Positions 19,915 to 29,694 of a stretch of DNA of 64,000 bases are shown piece after piece (the first letter of the stretch is position 1; the number at the start of each line of letters is the position of its first letter). This DNA comes from a virus, in IMG/VR virus record IMGVR_UViG_3300020045_009368, positions 35,780 to 99,779 of that record. One strand, written 5' to 3'. The notes under the pieces are model-generated. The model ran no database searches, was not told the origin of the DNA, and saw only the letters and a list, made by a program, of their open reading frames with translations. The position numbers were made by a program, and so were the translations under genes.

Positions 19915-19988
19915 AAACCAAGACAACTGATTAGTATTAGGTGGTTGACCGATACCTATGTACGTGGTCCAGAGCTCTGTCTTGGTTT
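19915..19988 (+). ncRNA. IR-closed element 7
   Basis: aaaccaagaca/tgtcttggttt; inner taggt/accta; GC-rich interior. Confidence 0.55.
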
Positions 19989-19996
19989 TAAAACAT

Positions 19997-20085
19997 AAAC
20001 ACATTAGCAGATTAAATATATGAAGTACATGCGTGAAGACACCGTAGTGAAATATATTTAGATCACGTTCAAAACTAATGTGTTT
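19997..20085 (+). ncRNA. IR-closed element 8
   Basis: aaacacattag/ctaatgtgttt; inner taaatatat/atatattta. Confidence 0.55.
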
Positions 20086-20200
20086 TAATAATGTATCATT
20101 TCAGTTTATATTATAATATTAAAATAAAATGAAAATTGCAATATATATTGCTAAAAAATTAACAAAATAACAACAAATATTAATCTTAAAAGCAAATGTC

Positions 20201-20926
20201 ATGGAACAGTTTAAAAGAGCACAGGTAATAATATTACCTACAAAAGAAAAAACAGGTATTATATTAGGATTAGAAAGCAATCATTTATATAATAGAATAG
20301 GAAGATATAATGATAATCTTGGAAAAGATGGTAGTATTGAATTTCAACATTTATATATTACATCAGATGATGAAATAAAAGAAGGAGATAAAATTTATAA
20401 TATTGAATTTAACAAAATATTTACAGTAAAATCAATTTATGAAACAGTATTACATGAACAAGCTATATCCTTTTTAGAAGGAGGTATTGGAAATAAAAAA
20501 GATTGTAAAAAAATCATAGCTACAACAGATACTTCATTAAGTGAAACACATAAACAATTAGTTAAAGTAAGTGAAACAACAACTAAAGTTATAGATAATT
20601 TACCTCAACCATCACAACAGTTTGTTACTAAATATATTGAAGAATATAATAAAGGCAATGTAATTAAAGATGTATTAGTTGAATATGAAAATATTTGTCA
20701 ATGTAGTAATTATATTGAACATAGTTATAGAGTTGACAATAAAGAATGTTCAGATGATAAGGGTTATAAACTAAAAATCAATTCTAAAGACAATACTATT
20801 ACAATTAAAAAACTAAAAGATAGTTGGAATAGAGAAGAAGTAATTAAATTATTAAATAAATTTTTAGAAACTGCTTATGATGGTAAAACTAAAAATTATA
20901 ATAAATGGATTGAAGAAAACTTATAA
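20201..20926 (+). CDS. Hypothetical phage protein
   Basis: 241 aa; QHLYITSDDEIKEGD, KKIIATTD, LPQPSQQF. Confidence 0.75.
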   Translation: MEQFKRAQVIILPTKEKTGIILGLESNHLYNRIGRYNDNLGKDGSIEFQHLYITSDDEIKEGDKIYNIEFNKIFTVKSIYETVLHEQAISFLEGGIGNKKDCKKIIATTDTSLSETHKQLVKVSETTTKVIDNLPQPSQQFVTKYIEEYNKGNVIKDVLVEYENICQCSNYIEHSYRVDNKECSDDKGYKLKINSKDNTITIKKLKDSWNREEVIKLLNKFLETAYDGKTKNYNKWIEENL

Positions 20927-20954
20927 ATAACTAAAATAAATAAATATTAAAATT

Positions 20955-21158
20955 ATGGCAACATTACAAAAAGATCCAAACTCAAAAAGAAGTTTAAAAC
21001 GTTTAAAAACAGGTATTACAAATTCAAGACCTGTTCGTAGAGCTTTAAAAAGACTAGCTAGAGCAAAACAAGGATATTTAAATATTAATGAATGGAGAAG
21101 AATTCATTATGTTAGTGATTCAAAACCTTGTGAACCAGGAGCAATGAATTATAATTAA
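20955..21158 (+). CDS. Small basic protein
   Basis: Arg/Lys rich; A-rich leader. Confidence 0.6.
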   Translation: MATLQKDPNSKRSLKRLKTGITNSRPVRRALKRLARAKQGYLNINEWRRIHYVSDSKPCEPGAMNYN

Positions 21159-21165
21159 AGTAAAT

Positions 21166-21194
21166 AGGGTTGTGTTAATAATAATCACAACCCT
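21166..21194 (+). other. 9-bp intergenic hairpin (processing site or weak terminator)
   Basis: agggttgtg/cacaaccct, no long U-tract. Confidence 0.5.
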
Positions 21195-21225
21195 TAAAAT
21201 TAAATAACTAAATTAAACATAAATT

Positions 21226-21615
21226 ATGAAAAATCAAAAAGAATTAACAACAGTAACTTACAACTTTGCAGACAATACTAAAGTTGTACAACCAATTAAC
21301 AAACAAGCTTATTTTGATGAAAAAGGACGTAAACGTTCTATTCAACAATTACATCATGTATTTGAAACTACAGCTTTTGATAAAAAAGCTATTGGTTATA
21401 CACTTGAAGGTAAAGAATCTATTGCAGTAGCTGTTGAAGAACCTCAATTTACTAAAGTTGAGCGTTACAATGCTAAAAAAGATCACAAAGACTTTATTAA
21501 ATCTAATTTAAAAGAGTTTAACAATCAAAAAAAACAATTTCAAGCTTTAGTTGTAGATAAATTCATGAATAACAAAATGCGTGTTAGAATGAATGCTACA
21601 ATTATTACTAACTAA
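21226..21615 (+). CDS. Hypothetical protein
   Basis: ORF track. Confidence 0.7.
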   Translation: MKNQKELTTVTYNFADNTKVVQPINKQAYFDEKGRKRSIQQLHHVFETTAFDKKAIGYTLEGKESIAVAVEEPQFTKVERYNAKKDHKDFIKSNLKEFNNQKKQFQALVVDKFMNNKMRVRMNATIITN

Positions 21616-21621
21616 CAATTT

Positions 21622-21680
21622 ATAAAATGTTGCTATTGCACGTACATACTATCTGTTTGAAAGTCAGATCAACATTTTAT
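21622..21680 (+). ncRNA. IR-closed element 9
   Basis: ataaaatgttg/caacattttat; atctg-tttgaaagt-cagat hairpin stacked on the stem. Confidence 0.5.
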
Positions 21681-21699
21681 TTTAACTAAATAATAAATT

Positions 21700-21975
21700 A
21701 TGGAAAAATATATAATTGAAACAATATTTGTTTTTGCATTTGTTTTATCTTGTTTATTAATTAAATCAAGTAAAAAACAAAAACATACCAATATTCAAGG
21801 TGAAATTGGTAATAAATTAGCTTTAATTCATAAAATGAGTAAAACTAATAAAGAAAGTGATGGATTCTGTATTGAAAACACAGAAAGACCAATTATTCCT
21901 TATGAAAAAGAACCTGGTTCTTTCTATTTATCAGAACATATTAGTTCAGTAATTGATAAAAAACTTGTATTATGA
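21700..21975 (+). CDS. Membrane-anchored hypothetical protein
   Basis: N-terminal TM. Confidence 0.6.
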   Translation: MEKYIIETIFVFAFVLSCLLIKSSKKQKHTNIQGEIGNKLALIHKMSKTNKESDGFCIENTERPIIPYEKEPGSFYLSEHISSVIDKKLVL

Positions 21976-22157
21976 TAACAGTATCTATATTTGGAATTGT
22001 AATACTTATATTTGTATTACACACAATTTTAACACATTTACTTAATTGGTTTATTAGATCTTGTGGTAATTCAGAATCTTTAGCTGTTTTAGTTGTAATA
22101 ATTAATATTATAGAAATTGGTACTTGTATTGGATTATTAAATTATTATATATCATGA
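21972..22157 (+). CDS. Small two-TM protein
   Basis: Hydrophobic; ATGA overlap. Confidence 0.6.
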   Translation: MITVSIFGIVILIFVLHTILTHLLNWFIRSCGNSESLAVLVVIINIIEIGTCIGLLNYYIS

Positions 22158-22678
22158 GTAATAAAAAACAAGTATTTCTTTCATTAGAAACAGCTAGACA
22201 AATGTGGAACGGATTAATTCACGATTATCCACATATAAATAAACTAGTTGAATTATTCTTATTAGATAATTTTACTAAAGAAGAATTAGAAGCTAAAGAA
22301 TTACCTAAAACTTGGGAAGAATTAAAAAAAGTAAGTGGTTATTATATTAATCAATATTCTGAAATAGGTAGTGGTAAAGATTATTCTACATCTGTTACAT
22401 CAAAAAATACATTCCCAACTAAAGAATTAGCTGAAGCATCATTAGCATTATCTCAATTATTACAATTAAGAGATGTTTATAATGGTGATTGGAAAGTTGA
22501 TTTAAATAATAGACCTAATGAAACTTTATTTCTTATTTTAAATAAACATAATAATATATTTAAATCAGATACTCAAGGTGGATTAAATAGAATTTTATCA
22601 TTTAAAAAAGAATCTATTAGAGATCAATTTGTTGAAAACTTTAAAGATTTAATAACTCAAGCATTACCACTATTATGA
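22124..22678 (+). CDS. Hypothetical protein (start probably the MSNKK ATG)
   Basis: LPKTWEEL, ALSQLLQLRDVYN. Confidence 0.7.
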   Translation: MYWIIKLLYIMSNKKQVFLSLETARQMWNGLIHDYPHINKLVELFLLDNFTKEELEAKELPKTWEELKKVSGYYINQYSEIGSGKDYSTSVTSKNTFPTKELAEASLALSQLLQLRDVYNGDWKVDLNNRPNETLFLILNKHNNIFKSDTQGGLNRILSFKKESIRDQFVENFKDLITQALPLL

Positions 22679-22875
22679 TACAACTAGGAAATTTTATAGC
22701 AATTTGTATTGGTATTATTATTTATATTATATGGGGTTATTATTCTATTAAAGATATGAGTAATAATATTGAAATATCAAATAAAACAGGAATTTGGTTT
22801 TGTTTAACATTTATTATAATTTTTATATTGTTTATAATATTATTAATTTATTTAAATAAATACACAATACCATAA
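22675..22875 (+). CDS. Small two-TM protein
   Basis: Hydrophobic; ATGA overlap. Confidence 0.6.
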   Translation: MIQLGNFIAICIGIIIYIIWGYYSIKDMSNNIEISNKTGIWFCLTFIIIFILFIILLIYLNKYTIP

Positions 22876-23040
22876 ATAGTTATTACTGATTGAAAAAGGG
22901 TTTAGAATAGACAGTAATACTCAAAATCTCACCCAGTAACCCTGCAAAATAGTCATGCAATTGAGATTTTAAGACCCGAACTATATTTGTCTTAATCGAC
23001 TTCAATATAGAAGTTAAAACTGTAGGTGAGATTAACTATT
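22875..23040 (+). ncRNA. IR-closed multi-hairpin element 10
   Basis: aatagtta/taactatt enclosing ttactg/cagtaa, aaaatctca/tgagatttt and ctatatt/aatatag. Confidence 0.5.
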
Positions 23041-23160
23041 AATTAACAATTTAACAAATAAAATTATGAAACATTCAGTACAACAATTAAAAGAATGGTT
23101 AGCTACTAACAAAAAAGACGATTACAAAACAATTGTAGTTTATTAAATAATATATAAAAT

Positions 23161-23382
23161 AAAACCATCTAATCCTTAAACTGGCTAGGAGTGAAACATT
23201 TAGATACAGATTCTGTTAAGCATAATATGGAACTTATGAGAGTTAATCTTTAAATAACTTATAATAAATATTAGAACGTAAGAAATATACAAAGCAATTT
23301 ATTGTGGTAGATATTATAAACTCGGTAAATATAAAAATATTTTATTTAAACTTATATTAACGCCACTCATTTAGATGGTTTT
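23161..23382 (+). ncRNA. IR-closed element 11 (~220 nt)
   Basis: aaaaccatctaa/ttagatggtttt; inner tcct/agga, gagtg/cactc. Confidence 0.5.
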
Positions 23383-23397
23383 TTAACAACTAAAATT

Positions 23398-23580
23398 ATG
23401 AAATACAGAGAAAATGATTATTTTAATAATATAGATGATTATTTAATACAAGATGTAAGTATAAAATCAAACCTTGTTTCTAAATTACATTTTTATAATG
23501 GTAATTGGTATTCAAATAAAAGTTTAAACTATAAAATGACATCTGTAATTTGTATTAATATTAATGAACTATTAAACTAA
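23398..23580 (+). CDS. Hypothetical protein
   Basis: ORF track. Confidence 0.5.
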   Translation: MKYRENDYFNNIDDYLIQDVSIKSNLVSKLHFYNGNWYSNKSLNYKMTSVICININELLN

Positions 23581-23673
23581 AATTATGAAAAAACACAGAA
23601 CAACAATAGTAGCTTTAGTGGTTACTATTTGGATTATTACAGAAATAATTATTAATATTAAACAAATAATATT

Positions 23674-23961
23674 ATGATAAAAGATCCTATTTTAGAAAAA
23701 GCTAATCAAATTCTTATCGAAAAAAGATTAGAACAAAGAAAACAATTTCATAAATCTAAAAGAAATAAAAGAATCATTGAAGCTGGTTTATGTCCTGAAT
23801 GTGGTGAAAAATTACAAACTATATTCAAGAAAAAAGAATATATAGGAAATCCTGAATTACCATATTCTTTTAAGAATTTAATTTCAATTACAACTTGTAA
23901 TAAAAATTATACACATTATCACAAATTAGAACATGATTATGATGATGAATATTATAATTAA
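23674..23961 (+). CDS. Zn-finger protein
   Basis: CPECG...C....H. Confidence 0.6.
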   Translation: MIKDPILEKANQILIEKRLEQRKQFHKSKRNKRIIEAGLCPECGEKLQTIFKKKEYIGNPELPYSFKNLISITTCNKNYTHYHKLEHDYDDEYYN

Positions 23962-24118
23962 TCATGTCTGAATATAAACTTCATTTAATAGGTAAAAAAT
24001 CTATTAAAATTATTGAAAGGTTTGATAACTCAGTTTTAGTAAAATATGTTAAAACAGGTATTGAAGCTTCAGTAGATCCAAAACTAATTAAAACAATAAC
24101 AATTAAAAACAAAAAATT

Positions 24119-24676
24119 ATGCAAAATTTAAACTTTACAAAAATCGCTTTATGGGGAGTATTAGGAATATTCTTAATCTTTATTGCGTCAACATTGATTT
24201 CATTCTCAAATAATGAAATTGAATTAAGAAACACTTTTGAACAAAAATTTGAAGAAAGAACTGCTTTCTATGATAAAATGTCAAAAGTATTTAATCAAAA
24301 ATCTCAAATCGCTGTTAAAAATGATTCTTCATTTAGAAAAAACATCGATATTATTATGTCACAACGTAAAGATTCTGAACAAGTAATGATGAAATGGATT
24401 ACTGAATCAAATCCTAATGCTAATTATTCAGAAGTTGCTGTATTATATAAAGATTTAAGTAGAGCTATTGAAGCTCAAAGAGAAGGATTTTTTAATCAAG
24501 AAAAAGTATTACAAGATGTTGTTAGACAACATAAAAATTTAATACAACGATTTCCAAATAGTTTTTATAATTTATTCTTTGGTAGAAAACAATTAGTTTA
24601 TAAAGTAATACAATCTACTTTAACTGAAGAAGTTATAAAAACTGGTACAGACAATAATACTAAACTTGATCTATAA
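24119..24676 (+). CDS. LemA-like membrane-anchored coiled-coil protein
   Basis: N-terminal TM, helical bundle, NLIQRFPNSFYNLFFG resembles the LemA C-terminal N..I..FP...A..FG motif. Confidence 0.55.
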   Translation: MQNLNFTKIALWGVLGIFLIFIASTLISFSNNEIELRNTFEQKFEERTAFYDKMSKVFNQKSQIAVKNDSSFRKNIDIIMSQRKDSEQVMMKWITESNPNANYSEVAVLYKDLSRAIEAQREGFFNQEKVLQDVVRQHKNLIQRFPNSFYNLFFGRKQLVYKVIQSTLTEEVIKTGTDNNTKLDL

Positions 24677-25833
24677 TGATTTGGTATGCAATACTTATCC
24701 CACTAGTAATATCATTAGTGGGATATTTTCTATACAAGCATAAATTTGCTTGGTGGGAATTATTTTTACCTGTAATCATTTCATTAATCACAATTATAAC
24801 ATCTTTTTATAGTATGAAATCTTATACTTTAAGTGATGTTGAATATAATGGTTATTTAATTACTGAAGCTAGATATTATGAATCTTATGAAACATGGGTT
24901 AAAAAAACATGTTCATATACTACATGTAGTGGTTCAGGTAAAACTAGAACTTGTACAACACATTATTATGATTGTTCATATTGTGATTATAATTCTGAAT
25001 ATTGGGTTATGGTTGATACTAAAGGTAATGAAATTGGTATTAGTGAGCAAAAGTATAATCAATTAATTAAAAAATGGTCAGCTACACCTAAATTTGTAGA
25101 ATTAAATAGAAATATTAATTATCATGGTAGTTGTGGAAAAGATGGAGATATGTATTCTATTAAATGGAATAAACATATTCAAACATCTGAAACATCTACA
25201 TATGAAAAAGAATTTACTAATATTTTAAAATGTAATCATTCTGCATTTAATTTCCCAATTATAGAAAAAAAAGATGCTATTAAATTAGGTTTGTATGAAT
25301 ATCCTATAATAGGAGAATATAATAAACAAAATTCTGTAATAGGTCTTAGTCAATTAAATATTAAAGGTAAAAAACAATTACAAACAACAATGAATTATCT
25401 TAATGGTAATTTAGGTGTTTCTAATAAAGTTAGAGTTTATACTTTGTTTTTTGTAGATAAAGAAATTGATATTGCTTTTAAACAAGAAGCCTATTGGGAT
25501 GGTGGTAATCAGAATGAATTAGTTGTATGTATTGGTGTTGATAAAATAGGTAATATTAAATGGTGTAAACCTTTTACTTGGTGTGATAATAAAAGAATGA
25601 TTGTAGATACTAGAGAAGATATTATGAATATGAAATCTATTAATAGTACTAAAATGTATAATATCTATAAAAATAATATTATGTTATTTTGGAAATATAA
25701 ATCATTTAAAGATTTTAATTATTTATCATTTGAACCTTCAACAGGACAATTAATATTTGTTTATGTATTAACTACAATTATATCATTATTGTTAACAATA
25801 TGGTGTATATATAATGATATAGATAACGAATAA
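24676..25833 (+). CDS. Membrane protein with Cys-rich loop and TPM-like domain
   Basis: Two N-terminal TMs, CSYTTCSGSGKTRTCTT, AYWDGGNQNELVVCIGV (TPM-like W..G..N.vll), C-terminal TM; TAATG-coupled to the LemA-like gene. Confidence 0.55.
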   Translation: MIWYAILIPLVISLVGYFLYKHKFAWWELFLPVIISLITIITSFYSMKSYTLSDVEYNGYLITEARYYESYETWVKKTCSYTTCSGSGKTRTCTTHYYDCSYCDYNSEYWVMVDTKGNEIGISEQKYNQLIKKWSATPKFVELNRNINYHGSCGKDGDMYSIKWNKHIQTSETSTYEKEFTNILKCNHSAFNFPIIEKKDAIKLGLYEYPIIGEYNKQNSVIGLSQLNIKGKKQLQTTMNYLNGNLGVSNKVRVYTLFFVDKEIDIAFKQEAYWDGGNQNELVVCIGVDKIGNIKWCKPFTWCDNKRMIVDTREDIMNMKSINSTKMYNIYKNNIMLFWKYKSFKDFNYLSFEPSTGQLIFVYVLTTIISLLLTIWCIYNDIDNE

Positions 25834-25977
25834 AACAATAACAAACCATTAATTAATAAATATGAAAATAAACATTATGAAGTGGTTAAATGATAGTATT
25901 CTATCAAATAAAATATTGGGAATTGAGCAAAAGCTCTCTAAGAAAAGTAGATAACAAGTCTTCCACTACTATATTTT

Positions 25978-26059
25978 AAAATGTGATCGTCTAGTGCCAC
26001 TTAAGACAGCAGTACATCCAGTATTGAAAACGTAGGTTGAAATCCTACAATATCATTTT
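25978..26059 (+). pseudogene. Degenerate tRNA-like cloverleaf (TCC/Gly-like loop)
   Basis: D-arm gtct...agac, stem cagta-catccag-tattg, T-arm gtagg-ttgaaat-cctac; poor acceptor stem. Confidence 0.5.
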
Positions 26060-26108
26060 GTCGCTCAGCTATATATCCAGGCTTAATCAAATAATGGATT
26101 GTAAAGAA

Positions 26109-26143
26109 ATATAGAGTTCTATAATTGATTTAGAACTCTATAT
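26109..26143 (+). other. 13-bp intergenic hairpin
   Basis: atatagagttcta/tagaactctatat. Confidence 0.55.
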
Positions 26144-26175
26144 ATTTCTATTAACTAACTAAACAATAATAAATT

Positions 26176-26454
26176 ATGAATATATTAGCACAATACAATA
26201 ATCTTTTTAAAAAAGATGAATTAGTATATATTGAAGATCCAATTTTAAATATTAAAGGTTTAGCTAAAGTAGTAAATACTTGTTATTTATCAGAATTACC
26301 TAAATCAGAATTACCTTATGGTTGGAGATATGGATTAAATTTTCCTCAAATAATTGTACATTTTGAAAATGAAAAAGATCCTAAAGCACATGTTTTATAT
26401 CCTTGTGATGAATTTAAATATATTAAAAAACTAATTTGTCCTGTAAAAGAATAA
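26176..26454 (+). CDS. Hypothetical protein (SH3-like pattern)
   Basis: FKKDELVYI..GLAKVV. Confidence 0.6.
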   Translation: MNILAQYNNLFKKDELVYIEDPILNIKGLAKVVNTCYLSELPKSELPYGWRYGLNFPQIIVHFENEKDPKAHVLYPCDEFKYIKKLICPVKE

Positions 26455-26569
26455 ATTATGGATTTATATCAAAAACTACTATTCTCTAATGGAGAAATTG
26501 TATATCAATATATATTTAATACTGTTGATTTAAATAATGGATTAAAAAATAACTAAATTTAATTAAATT

Positions 26570-26800
26570 ATGGAAACATTAATAATAATTTTATATGTAA
26601 TAATAACACAAATTATATGTTATTATATTAATAAATCAATTCTTAAAAAAACTCTTAAACACGATAGTGTTTACAATTGGGGATTAGTTAATACTAATTT
26701 ACTAATGAGTTTTTTTATAGCACCGTCTGTAATCTATTGGATATTAGTATTTATACTAAATTTACCAAGATTACCAGAAGAACCACCTAAATGGTTGTAA
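26570..26800 (+). CDS. Small membrane protein
   Basis: Two hydrophobic segments. Confidence 0.6.
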   Translation: METLIIILYVIITQIICYYINKSILKKTLKHDSVYNWGLVNTNLLMSFFIAPSVIYWILVFILNLPRLPEEPPKWL

Positions 26801-26801
26801 A

Positions 26802-27017
26802 ATGACTAAAGAAGAAAAAGTTAAGTTAAAACAAGAACGTGCTCATAGAAGAAAACATAAAAGATATTTAAAAGATCAAGAATATTATAATCTTGCTCGT
26901 AATAAAGATATTAATAGAATATCTATTGGAAGAAAAATAGCAAAAGGTAGATATTTTCAATGTGAAATGGGTTATGGTGATTGTGAAGATAGAGGTTACT
27001 GTAATGGTGATTGTTAA
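26802..27017 (+). CDS. Small basic Cys-rich protein
   Basis: CEMGYGDCEDRGYCNGDC. Confidence 0.6.
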   Translation: MTKEEKVKLKQERAHRRKHKRYLKDQEYYNLARNKDINRISIGRKIAKGRYFQCEMGYGDCEDRGYCNGDC

Positions 27018-27030
27018 AATATTTAAAATT

Positions 27031-27088
27031 TGGGATATAGCTCAATTGGAAGAGCAGTGTTTTTCTAGGTTCAATTCCTAGTATCCCA
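27031..27088 (+). ncRNA. tRNA-like RNA lacking the anticodon arm
   Basis: Acceptor tgggata/tatccca, D-arm gctc-aattggaa-gagc, 9-nt linker agtgttttt, T-arm ctagg-ttcaatt-cctag. Confidence 0.75.
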
Positions 27089-27156
27089 ACTAACAAATTT
27101 TCATAATTTTTGTTAGTAAAATGTTAGTAAAATAACATTTTGTTTTAGTTAGTTGG

Positions 27157-27215
27157 ATAAATTGAGTGAAATTGGGTAACTGCGAAATCAGATATGTAAT
27201 AGTAGCTCAATTTAT
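27157..27215 (+). ncRNA. IR-closed element 12
   Basis: ataaattgag/ctcaatttat; capped by ctg-cgaaat-cag. Confidence 0.5.
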
Positions 27216-27270
27216 TTTTAAATAACTACAAAATTATGAATAATAAAATAAACTAAAAATAATAAAAATT

Positions 27271-29136
27271 ATGAATAAAAATGAATTAAAAAAAGGAGAA
27301 ATTTATGCATATATACCTGATAGTAATACTTTTGGATTAACAGGAGATAATCCTTTTATTTTTGTAGCTGATCCTATTAAAAATACATCACAAACAACAG
27401 GTACTAAATATTGTGTAGTAAATACACAAGAATATTTTAGATCAAATCTTAGATGTTATTGGACAAAAGGTCTAAGACATGCAACTCCAGAAGAAAAACA
27501 TTGGCTCAACACTTGTATAGAACAAAATAAATTTGTATCTTATGAAGAAGCTATGAAAACATTTATTCCTGAATATGTTGAATGTATTAATAATAAAGAT
27601 ATTCCTTATGGAATAATTGGAAGAATTTATAAATTTAATAACTTATCTGGAAAACATTGGGGACTTAAATGTAATTTAAAATGTGCAAATTACGATCCAG
27701 ATACTACTTTATATTTTGAAATATATCAAGTTAAACCATCAACTAAAGAAGCTTACGATGCTCAATTTGTAGTTAAAGAACCTGAGTTTGTATTACCTGA
27801 AAAATGGTATATTAAAATAAAATCAACAGAAGAAGCTAATATTTATAAAGATTTTTTTAAAAAAGTAAAACCTAATCAAAATTGGGTTTTTTGGATTGAT
27901 TTTATATATGGTTTTAATGGTATTAACTATACAAATAGTGAATCACAAGGAACATTGATAACTTTTGAACAATTTGAAAAATATGTTTTGAAAGAAACTG
28001 AAGAATTAAGTCCTTTAAAATTAGCAGCTATTGAACATCCTCATTTAGCTAAAGTTGAATCTAAACCATTTGAAATATTATCAATTATTAATAATATTAC
28101 TAAAGAACAATTAGATCTTAAAAAAGATGGTTACTTTAGAAGTAAATTTTCTAGTATTCATTTAAACAATGTTAATGATAAATATTCAATTGTTTCAGTT
28201 GCTAATAAAGAAGGTAATATATTTGAAATTGGTGATACTATTATTTCAACAAGATCTAAAAAAAGATTTACTAATAATGTATCTAAAATTGTTTCATTTA
28301 AAATGAATGTTGCAAAAGATAATATTTTAATTGTTGGAGATCATTATTATAAAACAGGTGTTCTTATTAGTAATATTGAACATCATCTTCAAGATCAAAT
28401 TAAAGTTGAACCAGAATTTATTTTACCAGAAAGATGGTTTTTAAGATTTAAAACATTAGAAATATTTAATGATTTATGTAAAAAATATAAACCACATTTT
28501 ACTTTTTATCCAGAATCAGGTATTTGTAATGATATTGAAAGAAATGTTAAATTAGATAATTTTTATTATTTATCAAATAATGGTATTTTTGGTGAAGAAA
28601 TTACATTTGAACAGTTTAAGAAATATGTTCTTAAAGAAACTGAACCTGTAATTATAGCACAATCTCATAAAGATATGTTAGATCTTAAAACTAAAGGTAT
28701 TGATTCAATTGTATTACCTCAAGAAACTTTACTTGAAAAAGCTAAAAGATTATATCCTATTGGAACTAGATTTAAAAATACTTATAATTTTAACGAAGCT
28801 ATTGTTAAATGTAATAATTTTATTGATGAAATTTCTAGAATTAAACTTGATAATGGAATGCAGACAATATCTGCTGGAAATTGGACAATATATAATAAAG
28901 ATAGAGATGAATGGGCTGAAATAATTGGTTATGAACCTCAAATTGGTGATAAATTTAATAAAAAAGATTTTTCATATCCTGCATATGGTGGGAAATTTGG
29001 TAATTCTATTTATACAATTGTTAAATTTCAAGGTTCTTATGATAATCCTAATTCTGTTATTACTTTTAGAGGAGATGATTGGATAGGTGATCATACATCA
29101 ACAGTATTATTACGTAATATTAAAATCATTAAATAA
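27271..29136 (+). CDS. Mosaic multi-domain protein with internal repeat
   Basis: EPEF.LPE.W ... ITFEQF.KYVLKETE occurs twice. Confidence 0.75.
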   Translation: MNKNELKKGEIYAYIPDSNTFGLTGDNPFIFVADPIKNTSQTTGTKYCVVNTQEYFRSNLRCYWTKGLRHATPEEKHWLNTCIEQNKFVSYEEAMKTFIPEYVECINNKDIPYGIIGRIYKFNNLSGKHWGLKCNLKCANYDPDTTLYFEIYQVKPSTKEAYDAQFVVKEPEFVLPEKWYIKIKSTEEANIYKDFFKKVKPNQNWVFWIDFIYGFNGINYTNSESQGTLITFEQFEKYVLKETEELSPLKLAAIEHPHLAKVESKPFEILSIINNITKEQLDLKKDGYFRSKFSSIHLNNVNDKYSIVSVANKEGNIFEIGDTIISTRSKKRFTNNVSKIVSFKMNVAKDNILIVGDHYYKTGVLISNIEHHLQDQIKVEPEFILPERWFLRFKTLEIFNDLCKKYKPHFTFYPESGICNDIERNVKLDNFYYLSNNGIFGEEITFEQFKKYVLKETEPVIIAQSHKDMLDLKTKGIDSIVLPQETLLEKAKRLYPIGTRFKNTYNFNEAIVKCNNFIDEISRIKLDNGMQTISAGNWTIYNKDRDEWAEIIGYEPQIGDKFNKKDFSYPAYGGKFGNSIYTIVKFQGSYDNPNSVITFRGDDWIGDHTSTVLLRNIKIIK

Positions 29137-29627
29137 TGAAAGAGCTACATCCTGATCAATGTACTACAATATATTTAGAAAAATTTAAAGATAAAAACCC
29201 TAAAGATGTTAAGGAGATTATAATTGCGTTATATAATAATAATTATTGTGCTTCTTTAAAAACATATCAAGATTCTTTATGTACTAAATTACAATGTGAA
29301 TCAAGTAAGTCAAGAAGTTTTAATGATATTTATTATTTATGTAAGTCTTATTTACCTGCAACAGCTCCTAAAGATGTTATTGAAGTATTATTAAATTTAA
29401 AAATTAATAATAAAGTTATTTATGGTGGTGCTTGTGGTAATATTAAAAAAATTGTAATAAATTTTTATTCAATGAGTGAGATTAAAGCAGCTTTTATTGA
29501 TGGAACTTATGATAAGTATATTGATAAGTCTCAATATAACTCTCAATGGAACTGGAAAGAACTTTTAGAAATGATTGGGATTACTAATAATCAACAATAT
29601 AATAAATACGTAAAACACTTAGAATAA
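29136..29627 (+). CDS. Paralog family A member 1
   Basis: TY....CT..QC.....RSFNDI...C..Y.P ... C.NI.K. Confidence 0.7.
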   Translation: MKELHPDQCTTIYLEKFKDKNPKDVKEIIIALYNNNYCASLKTYQDSLCTKLQCESSKSRSFNDIYYLCKSYLPATAPKDVIEVLLNLKINNKVIYGGACGNIKKIVINFYSMSEIKAAFIDGTYDKYIDKSQYNSQWNWKELLEMIGITNNQQYNKYVKHLE

Positions 29628-29694
29628 TGGAAAGAGAAGATTATTTAGACCAAATGGAAATGCAAGGTTGGTTTAACAATGAAACAGTTGCATC

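Noticed and set aside
17000-27270. Recurrent taactaa..aa..attATG motif as a phage promoter
   Set aside because: Always abuts start codons and fits Bacteroidota A-rich translation-initiation context.
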